Positions 63,550 to 64,000 of a stretch of 64,000 bases of DNA are shown here, piece by piece. The notes under the pieces were generated by a model. That model worked only from the letters and a program-made list of their open reading frames with translations. It had not been told where the DNA came from and ran no database searches. Position numbers and translations under genes: made by a program. Within the stretch, counting starts at the first letter, position 1; each line of letters begins with the position of its first letter. Where the stretch lies: the sequence record MZ475891.1. One strand, given 5' to 3'.

Positions 63550-63938
63550 GAGGTCACCAATTAGATATGCAGCAGTCAATCATCAACACTGATTTGGAGC
63601 GCTCAGCTTTCGCTCTGTTCAGCCGTTCTCAGTTAGCTGAGGACTATAAGCGTACCGTATTGTATCTCGTGTATAAGACTGTAAATCGTAATGGCATGAT
63701 GCAGGTTAATCGCCTCATCTATGAACTCGGTCAGAAGTATGAACTCAACCGCGAAGATGTTAAGTCCGCTATCGGTGCACTCAAAGCCCCGTTCGCGTTT
63801 AACGCGCTGTCTGTGTTCGTGCCTCGTGCCGACGTTAAAACAAATCGAGTGTGTCGTACTAGCTCTAACCCTGCGATTGATAATTGGTTAGCAGAAGTAG
63901 AGCACAATTTCCCACACATCAGTCGTATGTTGCAGTAG
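63546..63938 (+). CDS. hypothetical protein (130 aa)
   Basis: ATGA overlap with the previous gene. Confidence 0.7.
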   Translation: MRGHQLDMQQSIINTDLERSAFALFSRSQLAEDYKRTVLYLVYKTVNRNGMMQVNRLIYELGQKYELNREDVKSAIGALKAPFAFNALSVFVPRADVKTNRVCRTSSNPAIDNWLAEVEHNFPHISRMLQ

Positions 63939-64000
63939 GGGCGCAGATGGAAATGTTTTCGCTTGGCCTTGAGATCAGGGCCATCCGAACTATAACTAAT

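Noticed and set aside
63947-64000. Start of a further gene at the window edge
   Set aside because: Only 18 codons visible; cannot be supported or assigned.

Overview
A 64-kb segment of a large lytic dsDNA (jumbo-type) phage genome, probably infecting an enterobacterial plant-associated host such as Erwinia, Dickeya or Pantoea. That host call is an inference from an AmsF/WceF-like gene, a YbiI-like gene and sigma70-type promoters. Every credible gene lies on the + strand. Recognisable genes: intein-containing RecA/UvsX (5' end probably upstream of the window), an AmsF/WceF-like exopolysaccharide-related beta-helix protein, a NADAR-like protein, a GNAT-like protein, KptA/Tpt1, a radical SAM enzyme, a DksA/TraR (YbiI-like) zinc finger, UvsE, dUTPase, an SLT lytic transglycosylase, an HD-domain protein, two type IIA topoisomerase subunits, an HNH protein and a possible divergent sigma factor. 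About 10-41 kb is a dense array of small early-type hypothetical genes. From 41 to 55 kb lies a cluster of very acidic and Lys/Ala-rich (histone H1-like) low-complexity proteins that share a repeated helix-extension-helix (Rho-N/SAP-like) module, directly upstream of the topoisomerase. Non-coding signals read from the sequence: (i) 13 copies of a promoter-like motif with a GGACAAAAT-type box 37-39 nt upstream of an extended -10; (ii) 11 covarying hairpins that put the Shine-Dalgarno core in a 4-nt loop; (iii) a duplicated structured RNA element, one copy apparently a stand-alone small RNA; (iv) TCTGTAAA boxes in front of the charged-protein genes. No tRNA, rRNA or CRISPR array was found. All functional calls come from motif recognition by eye; no database search was run.
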